DNA from: an uncultured cyanobacterium | GTDB taxonomy: Bacteria; Cyanobacteriota; Cyanobacteriia; CAKZMO01 | Assembly (NCBI GenBank): GCA_963719515.1 | Contig: CAVRCJ010000010.1 | Location: 384,001-448,000 of the forward strand | Direction: 5' to 3' | Length of the DNA stretch: 64,000 nt | Part shown: positions 21,961 to 33,401 of the stretch, one piece after another | Position numbering within the stretch: position 1 is the first letter of the stretch | Layout: every line of letters begins with the position of its first letter | Program-made: the position numbers and the translations under genes | The notes under the pieces: generated by a model | What the model was told of the DNA's origin: nothing | The model's input: the letters and a program-made list of their open reading frames with translations, nothing else | Database searches by the model: none

Positions 21961-22665
21961 ATGATTACCCTTCGACCCGCTCAAGATCGCGGCACTGCAA
22001 ACTTTGGTTGGCTCGACAGCCGTCACACCTTCTCTTTTGGTAACTACTACGATCCCAGCCACATGGGATTCGCCGACTTGCGCGTGATCAATGAAGACAA
22101 GGTCACCCCGGGTCAAGGTTTTGGCACCCATGGACACCGCGATATGGAGATCATTTCCTACGTTCTAAAGGGGGCCCTCGAACACAGAGACAGCATTGGT
22201 ACCGGCTCAGTAATCCGGCCTGGGGACGTGCAGCGGATGTCTGCTGGAACGGGGATTCAGCACAGCGAATATAATGCTTCAAAAACGGAGCCGGTCCACT
22301 TCCTGCAGATTTGGCTTCTGCCGGAGCAGAAAAATATTGCCCCAGGCTATGAGCAAAAAACGTTTACTGAGGCGGAAAAGCAGGGTCAGCTACGGCTAGT
22401 GGGCTCTCGCGATGGTCGCGACGGCTCCATTACCATTCACCAAGACGTCAATTTCTATGCCGCTGTTCTAAACGAGGGCGATGCCGTTGACCATACCTTT
22501 GCCGAGGCGCGTGGAGCCTGGCTGCAGGTTGTCCGAGGTGCGGTGCAGCTCGATGGCCAAACCCTGACGGCTGGGGACGGCGCTGCGATCGCCCAAGAAC
22601 ACAAGATCGCGCTGCAGGGAACAGCTAATGACTCCGAAGTCTTGCTGTTTGACATGGCCGCGTGA
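21961..22665 (+). CDS. Pirin-family (YhhW-like) protein
   Basis: [45 protein letters not shown]. Confidence 0.93.
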   Translation: MITLRPAQDRGTANFGWLDSRHTFSFGNYYDPSHMGFADLRVINEDKVTPGQGFGTHGHRDMEIISYVLKGALEHRDSIGTGSVIRPGDVQRMSAGTGIQHSEYNASKTEPVHFLQIWLLPEQKNIAPGYEQKTFTEAEKQGQLRLVGSRDGRDGSITIHQDVNFYAAVLNEGDAVDHTFAEARGAWLQVVRGAVQLDGQTLTAGDGAAIAQEHKIALQGTANDSEVLLFDMAA

Positions 22666-22681
22666 GGCTAAAGAACAGCCC

Positions 22682-22716
22682 TCAACCCCTTCAAAAAAGC
22701 TTTTTGAGGGGGTTGA
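22682..22716. terminator. Hairpin downstream of pirin
   Basis: tcaaccccttcaaaaa-agc-tttttgagggggttga inverted repeat. Confidence 0.65.
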
Positions 22717-22953
22717 AGCGCATCAGGAAAGCAACGCATTTAAGCAGAACTGCTCCCGCAACATCCGGGTGTCCGACGGTGGTGTCGTCTCGGTGCTGCC
22801 AAACGCTTACAGGTCCGTGGCGTAGAAGGCCCCAAAAAGGCCCAAAACTCATTGGGATCTTCAAGTCAGACGCTCTACAGGGTTTAGCAGTTTTATTCTC
22901 GCTAAACCCTTCAAAACGCTCTGAAATCATGAAATTTTAGCTAATACCTAATA

Positions 22954-23025
22954 AGCCGATGGGGGGATTTGAACCCCCGACCGCTCGATTACGAATCGAG
23001 TGCTCTACCACTGAGCCACATCGGC
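22954..23025 (-). tRNA. trnT: tRNA-Thr(CGT), CCA not encoded
   Basis: Minus strand GCCGATGTGGCTCAGTGGTAGAGCACTCGATTCGTAATCGAGCGGTCGGGGGTTCAAATCCCCCCATCGGCT; cloverleaf with TTCAA T-loop and CGT anticodon. Confidence 0.96.
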
Positions 23026-23101
23026 GAATGGAACCAGTTTAATATCATATCAGACCTTTTCGGCGATCGCCCTCAAATTGGCCGGTCAGCTTTTTCAGGC
23101 G

Positions 23102-24364
23102 CTACACCTCTCCCACAAGCATCACCCGAACCAGACTGCCTGCCTCGACGCGGGTTTCTCCTCGGGGCACCCGGGCGAGGGCGTTTGTCTGGCTGAGGTT
23201 TACCAAATTACCCGAGCTGTGGCTCCCTGACGACAGCTGAAACCCGTAGCCGTCCGTCGTTGCCTCAAGCCGCCCCCAAAGGTAGGTTTCCCGCTGCCCC
23301 CCCGCGCTCAAAGCTTGGGTAGCCCGAGCAGGTAAGAAAGTTGGCCCCCAGCCGGCGCTGCGGCCCGATAGCTGTCGCAAAGCGGGCTGCACGAAGCGCC
23401 AAAAGCTGACTAGCGACGAGACGGGGTTGCCCGGTAGACCAAAGTAGAGCACGGGGGAGCCGCTGGCCTGCGGGAGCGATTGGCCGCCCTGGAGGGTGGC
23501 TACCGTCAGCGGCTTACCCGGCTTGACGGCCACCGCCCGAACGTGAATTTCAGCCCCCAGCTCGGCCAAAATTTGGTCTACATAGTCGTAGTCTCCGACC
23601 GAGACCCCTCCCGTAGACAGCACCACATCGGCTTGGGCGCAGGCCTGGGCGATCGCCTGCTTGAGGGCCTCGGGGGTGTCGGCCACAATGCCCAGGGGAA
23701 TGGGTGTGGCCCCAGCGCTGCTCACCAGTGCGGCTAGAGCGTACTGATTCGAGTCAACAATTTGGCCCGGCTGCAGCGGCTGCTCCGGCGTCACTAGCTC
23801 GTTCCCCGTCGATAGAATAGCCACGCGGGGCCGACGATAGACCTGGACCTGGGGGCATTGGGCCGCTGCCAGAACGGCAATATCCGCTGCTCCTAGAGCA
23901 ATCCCCGGAGGCAGCAGCGACTCCCCCGCGCGGTGAAATGCGCCGCGATGGCGAACGAAGGCCTTCGGGTCTGGGGCCGCTAAAACTAAGACTTGCTCCC
24001 CCTGCCGCTGGGTATTTTCCTGAATAACGATGGTGTCGGCCCCCTCGGGCAGCATTCCTCCCGTAAAAATGCGGGCCGCCTGTCCGCTGGCGATCGCCTG
24101 TTGAGGGGCGTACCCGGCTGGAATTTCTTCTATCACCTGAAGCGGCTGTGGTGAGGCAGCGATCGCGGCGCGCACATCGTCGTAGCGCACCGCGTAACCA
24201 TCCATGGCGGAGTTGTCCCAGTGGGGAATATCGAGCGGGCTAATGACGGACGCGGCCAGCACTCGCCCTTGAGCCTCCCAGAGCGGCACGGTTTCTCGGT
24301 CGGCGTCGCCGAGCGGCGTCACTAGGCTAGAGATAATAGCGTCGGCTTGCTCAGCGGGTAACAT
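23102..24364 (-). CDS. moeA: Molybdopterin molybdotransferase MoeA
   Basis: DNSAMDGYAV, RIFTGGMLPEGAD, STGNEL, GGVSVGDYD, KPGKP, LPGNPVS; start placed at MLPAEQAD. Confidence 0.95.
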   Translation of the reverse strand: MLPAEQADAIISSLVTPLGDADRETVPLWEAQGRVLAASVISPLDIPHWDNSAMDGYAVRYDDVRAAIAASPQPLQVIEEIPAGYAPQQAIASGQAARIFTGGMLPEGADTIVIQENTQRQGEQVLVLAAPDPKAFVRHRGAFHRAGESLLPPGIALGAADIAVLAAAQCPQVQVYRRPRVAILSTGNELVTPEQPLQPGQIVDSNQYALAALVSSAGATPIPLGIVADTPEALKQAIAQACAQADVVLSTGGVSVGDYDYVDQILAELGAEIHVRAVAVKPGKPLTVATLQGGQSLPQASGSPVLYFGLPGNPVSSLVSFWRFVQPALRQLSGRSAGWGPTFLPARATQALSAGGQRETYLWGRLEATTDGYGFQLSSGSHSSGNLVNLSQTNALARVPRGETRVEAGSLVRVMLVGEV

Positions 24365-24587
24365 GGGGGGTCCGGGGTTGAGTAACGTCAGTGAAGGTGA
24401 ATTAGTGCGGGCGGCGCAGTGCAAGAGGTCCAGTGGTGGTCCGGTGCAACTGGCGGCAGTGAAAGAAGGGCAGTGAAAGTGACCCGGCGACGGTAGCGGA
24501 AAGCACCTCAAATTTTAGGCTTGCATAAGCTCTAGAAGCTGTGCAACAATAGTAATTTGTGTCATACAAGAACTGCTCGGAATTACT

Positions 24588-24776
24588 ATGGCTAAAGGCG
24601 TTCGAATCATCATCACGTTAGAGTGTACCGAATGTCGGTCCAACTCAAACAAGCGCTCTGCTGGGGTGTCTCGCTACACCACGACCAAAAATCGTCGAAA
24701 CACAACGGGGCGAATCGAGCTGAAGAAGTTTTGTCGGCACTGCAACACGCACACGGTTCACAAAGAAATTAAGTAG
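24588..24776 (+). CDS. rpmG: 50S ribosomal protein L33
   Basis: [11 protein letters not shown]...[10 protein letters not shown]...[14 protein letters not shown]. Confidence 0.98.
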   Translation: MAKGVRIIITLECTECRSNSNKRSAGVSRYTTTKNRRNTTGRIELKKFCRHCNTHTVHKEIK

Positions 24777-24858
24777 GTTAGACCTCCTTAACGGTATACT
24801 TGTGCGACCCAACTAACGACTTATCAATCCAACCTGGTTTTTTCCTGATACATATCCC

Positions 24859-25074
24859 ATGAGCTATTACCGCCGCCGCGTTTCTCCCATCAGCCCCAAA
24901 GACCCCATCGACTACAAAGACGTCGAGCTGCTGAGAAAATTTATGACTGAACGGGGCAAGATCCTACCCCGCCGGATCACAGGTTTAACCGCTAAGCAAC
25001 AGCGCGATCTCACCGTTGCCGTCAAGCGAGCCCGAATCGTCGCGCTGCTGCCTTTCGTCAACCGCGAGGGATAG
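24859..25074 (+). CDS. rpsR: 30S ribosomal protein S18
   Basis: [26 protein letters not shown]. Confidence 0.98.
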   Translation: MSYYRRRVSPISPKDPIDYKDVELLRKFMTERGKILPRRITGLTAKQQRDLTVAVKRARIVALLPFVNREG

Positions 25075-25164
25075 GGGCAACGTCCCCGCGCGCTTCGGCT
25101 GCTGTTGGCCCTCGAGTCAGCGCATGTTACTGTTACGCCTGGGTTCTGTTATGCCTCAACTGAT

Positions 25165-27174
25165 ATGGAGAAGGGCACGTTAGTCGAGTTTCGGCACCAG
25201 GGCGATCGCCGCCTAGGCATTGCCGATCGTCCCGAAGGAAAGAAAAACTGGGTGATTGTCGATCACCGGGGCCAGTCCTACACGGTTCAGCCCCGGCAGA
25301 TTACCTATGCCGTTTCAGGGCAGTACCTGCCGTCTGAGCTGCCTGATTTTTTGCAGAAGGTTGAAGCCCACAGCGACCCCTCTGGGCTAGAGGTGGTTTG
25401 GGAGCTGCTGAGCGATGATGGTGAAGCGGTAACCCCCGCCGAGCTGTCGGAGCTAATGTTTTCCAGCGATCGCCCTGAGCTTTGCTACGCAGCGCACGTT
25501 TTATTGTCCGACGATAAGGTTTACTTTAAGCAGAAAGGGGAGCGCTATGAACCGCGCTCTTCATCGCAAGTTGCCGACATCCGCCACCAAATGGAGATGG
25601 AGGCCAAGCGAGCCGCTGACTGGGCGGCGTTCATAGCACGAGTCACCCAAAGGCTTGAAGCGCCTAGCCAAGACGAGTTGGCTTGGCAGCCTAGCGATCG
25701 CCCCCGCCTTGACGTCCTAGAGCGTCTGGCCGTGATGGGAGACGCATCAAACACCGTTCCCGCATTGGATATCCTAGAGGCATTGGGCCGGCCCAAAACG
25801 GGGCAGGCTGCCTTTGAGCTACTCGTAGATCTGGGAGTTTGGAGTCGGCACGAAAATTTATTTCTGCGTCAGCGTCAGATTCCTGCTCAGTTTTCTCAAG
25901 AGGTACTCGCCATGGCCAGCGGCTGCATACAGAACCCCATCGCTGATGCGGACGCCGACAATCGCCTGGATCTAACCCACCTCAAGGTCTGCACCGTCGA
26001 TGACGAGAGCACCCGAGAAATCGACGACGGCCTCAGTATTGAATCGCTAGAGGACGGCGGCACGCGGCTCTGGATTCATATTGCTGACCCGACGCGATGG
26101 ATCCTGCCCGGCGACGAACTTGACCTAGAAGCTCGCCGCCGCTCTACGAGCCTGTATTTGCCCACCGGCACAGTTCCCATGTTTCCGACGGAGCTGGCGA
26201 CAGGGCCAATGAGCCTGGTGCAGGGCAAGGTCTGCTGTGCGCTGAGCTTCGGTATCGTGCTAGACCGCACGGGAGCTATTGAAGACTACCGCATTTCTCC
26301 CAGCCTGATTCGCCCCACCTATCGGCTGACCTACGACGATGTGGACGAGATTCTGCAGCTTGAGGTGGAGGCAGAACCCGAAATTCGGGCGATCGCCGAC
26401 TGGGCCGAAATTCGTCAGCAGTGGCGTCTTTCCCAGGGCGCAATCAGTATTCGCATGCCTGAAGCGATTATCAAGGTCCATGGAGATGACGTCACCATCA
26501 GCCTCCTAGAGGATTCAAGAGCCCGCCAGATGGTGGCCGAAATGATGATTCTGACGGGAGAAGTCGCCGGCCGGTATGCCCAGACCTGCGGGCTAACCGT
26601 TCCTTTTCGCGGACAGACTCAGCCCGAACTCCCCGACGAGGACGAGCTGCTGCTGCTGCCGGCTGGCCCTGTCCGCGACTGCGCCATTCGCCGCTGCATG
26701 CCCCGCAGCGAGGTCAATACCAGCCCCGTGCGCCACGCGAGCTTGGGCCTAGAGACCTACACTCAAAGCACATCCCCCATCCGCCGCTACACCGACTTGC
26801 TGGCCCATTTTCAGATCAAGGCCCACCTTCGCGGCGACTCCCTCCCGTTCGAGTCTGAAACGCTGATGGAGCTGGTGCAGTCGGTCACCTCGACGGCCTA
26901 TGAAGCGACTTTGGTGGAGCGGCAGACAAACCGCTACTGGAGCTTGGAGTACCTACGCCGCCACGAGGGCGAAGTGTGGCAAGTGCTAATGCTGAGATGG
27001 CTGCGGGAGCACGAAAACCTGGCGCTGGTCTTACTCGAAGAGCTCGGTCTAGAGGTGGCCGTAAGGCTGCAGCGCGCCGTCGAGCTCGGAGAGCGGCTTG
27101 ATCTACGCGTGACCTACGCGGACCCCCGGCAGGACGTGATTCAGTTTGCAGAGCTGACCGAATCGGCCGTCTAA
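25165..27174 (+). CDS. Ribonuclease II/R (RNB domain)
   Basis: TVDDESTREIDDGLS, WIHIADP, HASLGLETY, TSPIRRYTDL; start at MEKGTLVEF. Confidence 0.93.
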   Translation: MEKGTLVEFRHQGDRRLGIADRPEGKKNWVIVDHRGQSYTVQPRQITYAVSGQYLPSELPDFLQKVEAHSDPSGLEVVWELLSDDGEAVTPAELSELMFSSDRPELCYAAHVLLSDDKVYFKQKGERYEPRSSSQVADIRHQMEMEAKRAADWAAFIARVTQRLEAPSQDELAWQPSDRPRLDVLERLAVMGDASNTVPALDILEALGRPKTGQAAFELLVDLGVWSRHENLFLRQRQIPAQFSQEVLAMASGCIQNPIADADADNRLDLTHLKVCTVDDESTREIDDGLSIESLEDGGTRLWIHIADPTRWILPGDELDLEARRRSTSLYLPTGTVPMFPTELATGPMSLVQGKVCCALSFGIVLDRTGAIEDYRISPSLIRPTYRLTYDDVDEILQLEVEAEPEIRAIADWAEIRQQWRLSQGAISIRMPEAIIKVHGDDVTISLLEDSRARQMVAEMMILTGEVAGRYAQTCGLTVPFRGQTQPELPDEDELLLLPAGPVRDCAIRRCMPRSEVNTSPVRHASLGLETYTQSTSPIRRYTDLLAHFQIKAHLRGDSLPFESETLMELVQSVTSTAYEATLVERQTNRYWSLEYLRRHEGEVWQVLMLRWLREHENLALVLLEELGLEVAVRLQRAVELGERLDLRVTYADPRQDVIQFAELTESAV

Positions 27175-27248
27175 GCGCTAATGCTAAGCGCTAATGCTAA
27201 GCGTCAATGCTAAGTGTCAATGCCAAGCGCCAACGCTAAGTGCCAATG
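27171..27248. repeat. 13-bp degenerate tandem repeat, 6 copies
   Basis: ctaagcgctaatg x2, ctaagcgtcaatg, ctaagtgtcaatg, ccaagcgccaacg, ctaagtgccaatg. Confidence 0.85.
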
Positions 27249-27799
27249 CGCCGCCCAATTTCCGTGATGCTATCTCCAGGCGAGTGGTTGACGGGACGAC
27301 AGGCCGTAAAAAACTCCAGCGTCAAATCCCCTATCTGCACCAGCGCGCCGTCCTGGAGCCCTTGGCGCTTTCCGGCTTCAAGAGAGGTTTGGTCGACGCG
27401 CGTTCCGTTTCGGCTTCCCAAATCCATCACAAAAAAACCGTCTTCAGGGTGGTAGCCAATCACGGCATGCCGGCGGGACACTGAACGCTCACCGACGTTA
27501 ATCGCGCAGGTAGCCCCCCGCCCGATTAACCAGCTTGAGGCGGGTTGGGTCGCGTAGATTTTTGCGCCGACGTCGATGTTCGTCGTTAAGAACACCTCCC
27601 GGTCAACGGACACCGCCTGAATGTAGTGTTTCGCAGATTGACAGCGCCTATGAGCCGAGAGGACGGGCTCCATAATTTGAGTAACGCTTTGAGCAGTCCG
27701 ATTTCCGTCTGCAAGGAGAGAGTTAGACAACGCTGGGTTTTGCTTGAGAATGTGCAAAACGACGTCGTCAATTTGATTAGAGTTTTGGTTTAGCAACAT
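27236..27799 (-). CDS. FHA-domain protein
   Basis: WLIGR, SVSRRHAVI, DLGSRNGT, LQDGALVQIG. Confidence 0.9.
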   Translation of the reverse strand: MLLNQNSNQIDDVVLHILKQNPALSNSLLADGNRTAQSVTQIMEPVLSAHRRCQSAKHYIQAVSVDREVFLTTNIDVGAKIYATQPASSWLIGRGATCAINVGERSVSRRHAVIGYHPEDGFFVMDLGSRNGTRVDQTSLEAGKRQGLQDGALVQIGDLTLEFFTACRPVNHSPGDSITEIGRRIGT

Positions 27800-28213
27800 A
27801 ACTCGCTGGTTATCTAACGTTTAGGTGATTGGCCGTACAGCAGGTGCATTCCAGCAGCGCTACAGGCAAAAATTGCCCCTGTCACAGAGGAGCGATGTAG
27901 ATGACACCTAAATTGCGGATGGCTGATGCAGCAGCCGTGGACCACGCCGACTACGATCACGGTGGGCCCTGATGCGGAAATATTTAGGTGATTTTGGCAC
28001 CTGTCTCCGGATAGATGCAGCGCGTCCGATGACGAATTTCGAAATGCTACGTTTGGTAAACAGACCTATTCAAACTCTAATCTGCAGGTTAGATATTTGA
28101 CAATCTTAGGTACCCGTATATTCACACAACCTTTACGCCGTCCGGGTATATGCAAATTATGCATAAGTATCGGAGCTTTCGCTTATCCTAGGGCGTCGTA
28201 GCTCAGGCGAACG

Positions 28214-29028
28214 TCACCGGAGATCGCCGTGAGTCTCTATGGATAGTGCCGGGATATAGAGGCGAAGCTGCCCTGTCGCCGCGACCCCTCGAACCTGTCC
28301 CTGCGTCTGCTGTCCCTGATGGCTAACAGTAACAGTTTGCCCACGATGGGTCATCCAGGTCTCATAGTCTGGCAAAATGGCGTCGATGCCGTGCCCCAAG
28401 CGGCGTCCGTTGCCGATCGCAAGCCCGGTGAGAACGGTAGCAGCGAGGGTTTCGATAGAGGCAGCCTGTAGCGCGCCGTTGGGCAAGCCCTCTAGGTGGG
28501 CAAGGGATACGCCCCCCGCAGGGACGGCGTTGCGCCAGTTAATGCCTACCCCAACGACGGCCTGGGCTATCCTTTTGCCCGATAGCCGCGTCTCGATCAG
28601 CATTCCGCCCAGCTTCCGCTCTCCAATGACAAAGTCGTTGGGCCACTTTACCCTCACGGGAACGCCAAACTGCCGCAGCGCAGCAGCAACGCCCCAAGCG
28701 CAGCTCAGCATCAGCGGGCCACCGTCAGCGGTCGGTAAGCCAGGAAGCCTCGCTGAGAGATACAGCCCCCCGGTAGGGGACTGCCATTTTCGCCCCCACT
28801 GGCCGCGACCGGCGGACTGACACCGGGCGATCGCCACTGCGGCGGCCACTGCGGCGGCCACTGCGGCGCAGTCACTCGCCTCCTGCGCGGCCTGCTCCCA
28901 AAGGTAGGCGTTGGTTGACGGCACGGTATCCAGCTGATGGACCCTGAATGCTCTGGGGACGGGCGACACGCCCTGAGCTTTCCACTGCTGGACCCAAGGC
29001 TGCAGCGTCGCCGGATTCGGTAGCTCCA
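28214..29028 (-). CDS. birA: Biotin--[acetyl-CoA carboxylase] ligase (C-terminus probably frameshifted)
   Basis: STN, QSAGRGQWGRKWQS, KWPNDF, KLGGMLIE, GVGIN. Confidence 0.9.
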
Positions 29029-29132
29029 TTGGTGGTGACACTCACTAGGGGGACAGGGGGAAAGCATACAATATTCCAAAGACAAGCTCCGCGGCCCCAC
29101 CGTTCAACAGTTCAACATAAATACCCTAAATC

Positions 29133-30059
29133 ATGAGTGACTGGCACTGGCAAAGCTGGCAGGGACGACCCTATCTGACCTGCAGCCTCCTTTCGAGCTG
29201 GAAACACGGGTTTTTTACCCGCCACTGGAGCCCGGCCCTCCCTGAAGCGATCAGCTCGGTGCTGGACTTAGACGCGCAGATCTACCGCGTTAAGCAAGTC
29301 CACGGCGATCGCGTCCTGGTGGCGGACCAAGTTTCGCCTCTGAAGGAAGCGCCTTTGGGCGACCGGCAGGCCGGGGGGAGCGATGACGCTGCGAGTCCTC
29401 CTGCCGGCAGGGTCAGTCACCGCGAGGCGGCGGCTTCTACGGCGGTTCCTGCGGCGGATGGTCTGGTGGCCCACCGGGCTCAGCAGGCGGTTTGGGTAGC
29501 GACTGCGGACTGCGTCCCGGCGCTGATTGGCGATCGCCGTACGGGCCGCGTTGCGGCGGTTCATGCGGGCTGGCGGGGCACGGCGCAGAAAATTTTGCCT
29601 CAGGCAGTGGCCAGGCTGCTGCATCAGGGCAGCCAGCGCCAGGATTTGCGGGTCGCTCTGGGGCCTGCCATTCAGGGGGCGACGTACCAGGTGTCTACCG
29701 CCGTGGCCGCCCGTGTCGGGGCGACCCTCGTGCCGGCCCCGCCAGACATCGACGGGATTTCGGTCTCTCCCCCCAGTGACGCTAGCGCTGCAGAAAATAC
29801 TGCCTCTAGCGAGTCCGTCAGCGACGTCATCGCTCAGCTGCTGCAGCTGCCGCGATCGCCCCTCTCTCTAGACCCAGACCCCGATCGCACCCGGCTAGAC
29901 GTGCGGCAGGTTAACCGTCTGCAGCTAGAGCAGATGGGGCTGGCCCCCGAGCAAATCGCCGCTGCCCCCTACTGCACCTATGAGGACGGGGAAAGATTCT
30001 TTTCGTATCGCCGCGAGGCGCTAAAAAAGGTTCAGTGGTCGGGGATTGTGAGCCGCTAA
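29133..30059 (+). CDS. pgeF: PgeF/YfiH-family protein
   Basis: HGFFTR, KQVHG, TADCVP, AVHAGWRG, LGPAI, FFSYRR. Confidence 0.92.
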   Translation: MSDWHWQSWQGRPYLTCSLLSSWKHGFFTRHWSPALPEAISSVLDLDAQIYRVKQVHGDRVLVADQVSPLKEAPLGDRQAGGSDDAASPPAGRVSHREAAASTAVPAADGLVAHRAQQAVWVATADCVPALIGDRRTGRVAAVHAGWRGTAQKILPQAVARLLHQGSQRQDLRVALGPAIQGATYQVSTAVAARVGATLVPAPPDIDGISVSPPSDASAAENTASSESVSDVIAQLLQLPRSPLSLDPDPDRTRLDVRQVNRLQLEQMGLAPEQIAAAPYCTYEDGERFFSYRREALKKVQWSGIVSR

Positions 30060-31457
<1,398 letters not shown>

Positions 31458-31565
31458 GCAGTATGCGCGAGGGGGCCGGGGGGAAGCCGGCCCAACGGCG
31501 TAATCCCTGCCAGGATTACTTTTGGGGATTACGCTCAGAGCTTGCGCTTTAGGTGCGTGAAGCGA

Positions 31566-31847
31566 CTATGTGAGTACGTCGAGCGAACGCAGCCGCATCA
31601 TGTAAAACAGGATCTGCCCCTGGCTGGGGGTGATGTTGACGCCGCTGGGGCCAATCTCGATGGGTCCGGTCCACATGGCCTGCTCGACATAGCGCTTGAT
31701 GTGCAGCCGGTGGATGGTTTCGCGGACGCCTTCGGGGGAGCCGATGATGACGTGGCGGATCACTTCACCGCTGGGACCGGGGTCGGGGGTGGCCAGCAGG
31801 GTGGGTGCTGCCTCGGATTGAGGCAGTTCGGGGTATAAGAATGTCAT
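31566..31847 (-). CDS. Small hypothetical protein (IRHVIIGSPEGVRETIHRLH motif)
   Basis: 93-aa ORF with host-like codon use, immediately downstream of a structured leader. Confidence 0.65.
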   Translation of the reverse strand: MTFLYPELPQSEAAPTLLATPDPGPSGEVIRHVIIGSPEGVRETIHRLHIKRYVEQAMWTGPIEIGPSGVNITPSQGQILFYMMRLRSLDVLT

Positions 31848-31873
31848 GGGTTTTCTCTTTTTTTGATGGTAAG

Positions 31874-32035
31874 AAAACCCAAAAACTCGGTCGATCCCTT
31901 GTCTTGGGCGTCTGGGATGGCTGCAGATATTGGATAATACCTGCAGCTCATCGACAGCTCGTGCCTGTCGAAGGGTCAGGGCGCGATCGCCATCGTTAGT
32001 GACGGTCGCGTCCGTTAGACCAAATTTTTGGGGTT
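31874..32035 (-). ncRNA. Putative multi-stem structured RNA or 5' leader
   Basis: ~18-bp closing helix (aaacccaaaaactcggtc / gaccaaatttttggggtt) enclosing four hairpins: atccc..gggat; gctgcagatatt..aatacctgcagc; tcgacag..ctgtcga; gggcgcgatcgcca..tgacggtcgcgtcc. Confidence 0.55.
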
Positions 32036-32199
32036 GTGATCAAGCTGAATCGAGTTACAGCTTCTAGCAGGTTAATCTACCCTATCTGTGGCCGAAAAGA
32101 CAAGCCCTAGTTTTTTGGGGTGTGGTTTACTGGGGCGATCGCTGGCTGGATAGCTGTGGGTAACTTCTGTGTGCGCTAGTGGGGGGATGTTTTGAAAGG

Positions 32200-32421
32200 T
32201 TGGGGGTGTGAGTGCGCTCAAATCTTTGCGGTGCGGGGGATGGGGCGTTTGGGGCTGGTGGGGAGGTTAGCGCGATCGCTGAAACTGTCGTGGTGAGAGG
32301 GTTTGAGTTGTTACAGTCTTGTGATGTTTATGGCGAGTTGGTGGTGGAAGGGCTATTCTTGAGGGGATTAGCGAAAATGAACCTTGAAAACTTGATAGGC
32401 ACTCCGTTTCAAAGTGCCGCA
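32200..32421 (+). promoter_or_regulatory. CRISPR leader
   Basis: Non-coding; directly abuts the non-degenerate end of the array; contains ctgaaa..gggtttgag and ttgaaaa..cgtttcaaa motifs. Confidence 0.7.
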
Positions 32422-33401
32422 GTCGCAATGACCTAATACCCCGAAAGGGGATTGAAACATGGGACAATGCTCTATATGGACTCCGGTCTTATTGTCGCAA
32501 TGACCTAATACCCCGAAAGGGGATTGAAACATATCTTAGGTGATCGTCTGTATCTTCCAGATCATAGTCGCAATGACCTAATACCCCGAAAGGGGATTGA
32601 AACAGAGAACCTGGCTTCAAGGCAGCGGTATACAGTAAGTCGCAATGACCTAATACCCCGAAAGGGGATTGAAACATCGAATATATCTCGACTACCCTGA
32701 TATGCAAATGTCGCAATGACCTAATACCCCGAAAGGGGATTGAAACGCCGTCGCGGTCCTTTATTGAGGTTATGGAGAGAGTCGCAATGACCTAATACCC
32801 CGAAAGGGGATTGAAACGACCTAAGGCGCACCGACTACCTGGACATTGAAGGTCGCAATGACCTAATACCCCGAAAGGGGATTGAAACACGCTGGTTTTG
32901 CCGCTGCCGGTTTCCCCGGCGATCGCGGTCGCAATGACCTAATATCCCGAAAGGGGATTGAAACGTCTTGTTGAGCTGCGGAAACACAAAGCTGCGCAGT
33001 CGCAATGACCTAATACCCCGAAAGGGGATTGAAACAAAGATAGTAGAGGTACTATCGGGCCACAGTAGCTTACCCGTCGCAATGACCTAATACCCCGAAA
33101 GGGGATTGAAACCAAACATTGACGCGACATAACGACCAGACGGAAGTCGCAATGACCTAATACCCCGAAAGGGGATTGAAACGGCGGTTTATCAGTCGGG
33201 ATCGGGTGCGTCGGCGATGTCGCAATGACCTAATACCCCGAAAGGGGATTGAAACGTACTGACGTGGCCAATGGCGCTATCTAGCTCATTGTCGCAATGA
33301 CCTAATACCCCGAAAGGGGATTGAAACGTGCTGGCGGCCAAGCCTACGGCCTGAATAGGGTGGGGTCGCAATGACCTAATACCCCGAAAGGGGATTGAAG
33401 C
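32422..33401 (+). CRISPR. CRISPR array, 14 repeats / 13 spacers (33-40 nt), no cas genes in window
   Basis: 37-nt repeat GTCGCAATGACCTAATACCCCGAAAGGGGATTGAAAC with CCCC-GAAA-GGGG hairpin. Repeat 8 has C>T; the last repeat ends GAAGC. A 37-nt ATTGAAAC-ending repeat is typical of cyanobacterial type I-D (inference). Confidence 0.99.

Noticed and set aside
24365..24511. N-terminal extension of moeA and short gcagtg(a/c)aag repeats
   Set aside because: The likely start is ATG at 24364; the repeats are short and irregular, not an array
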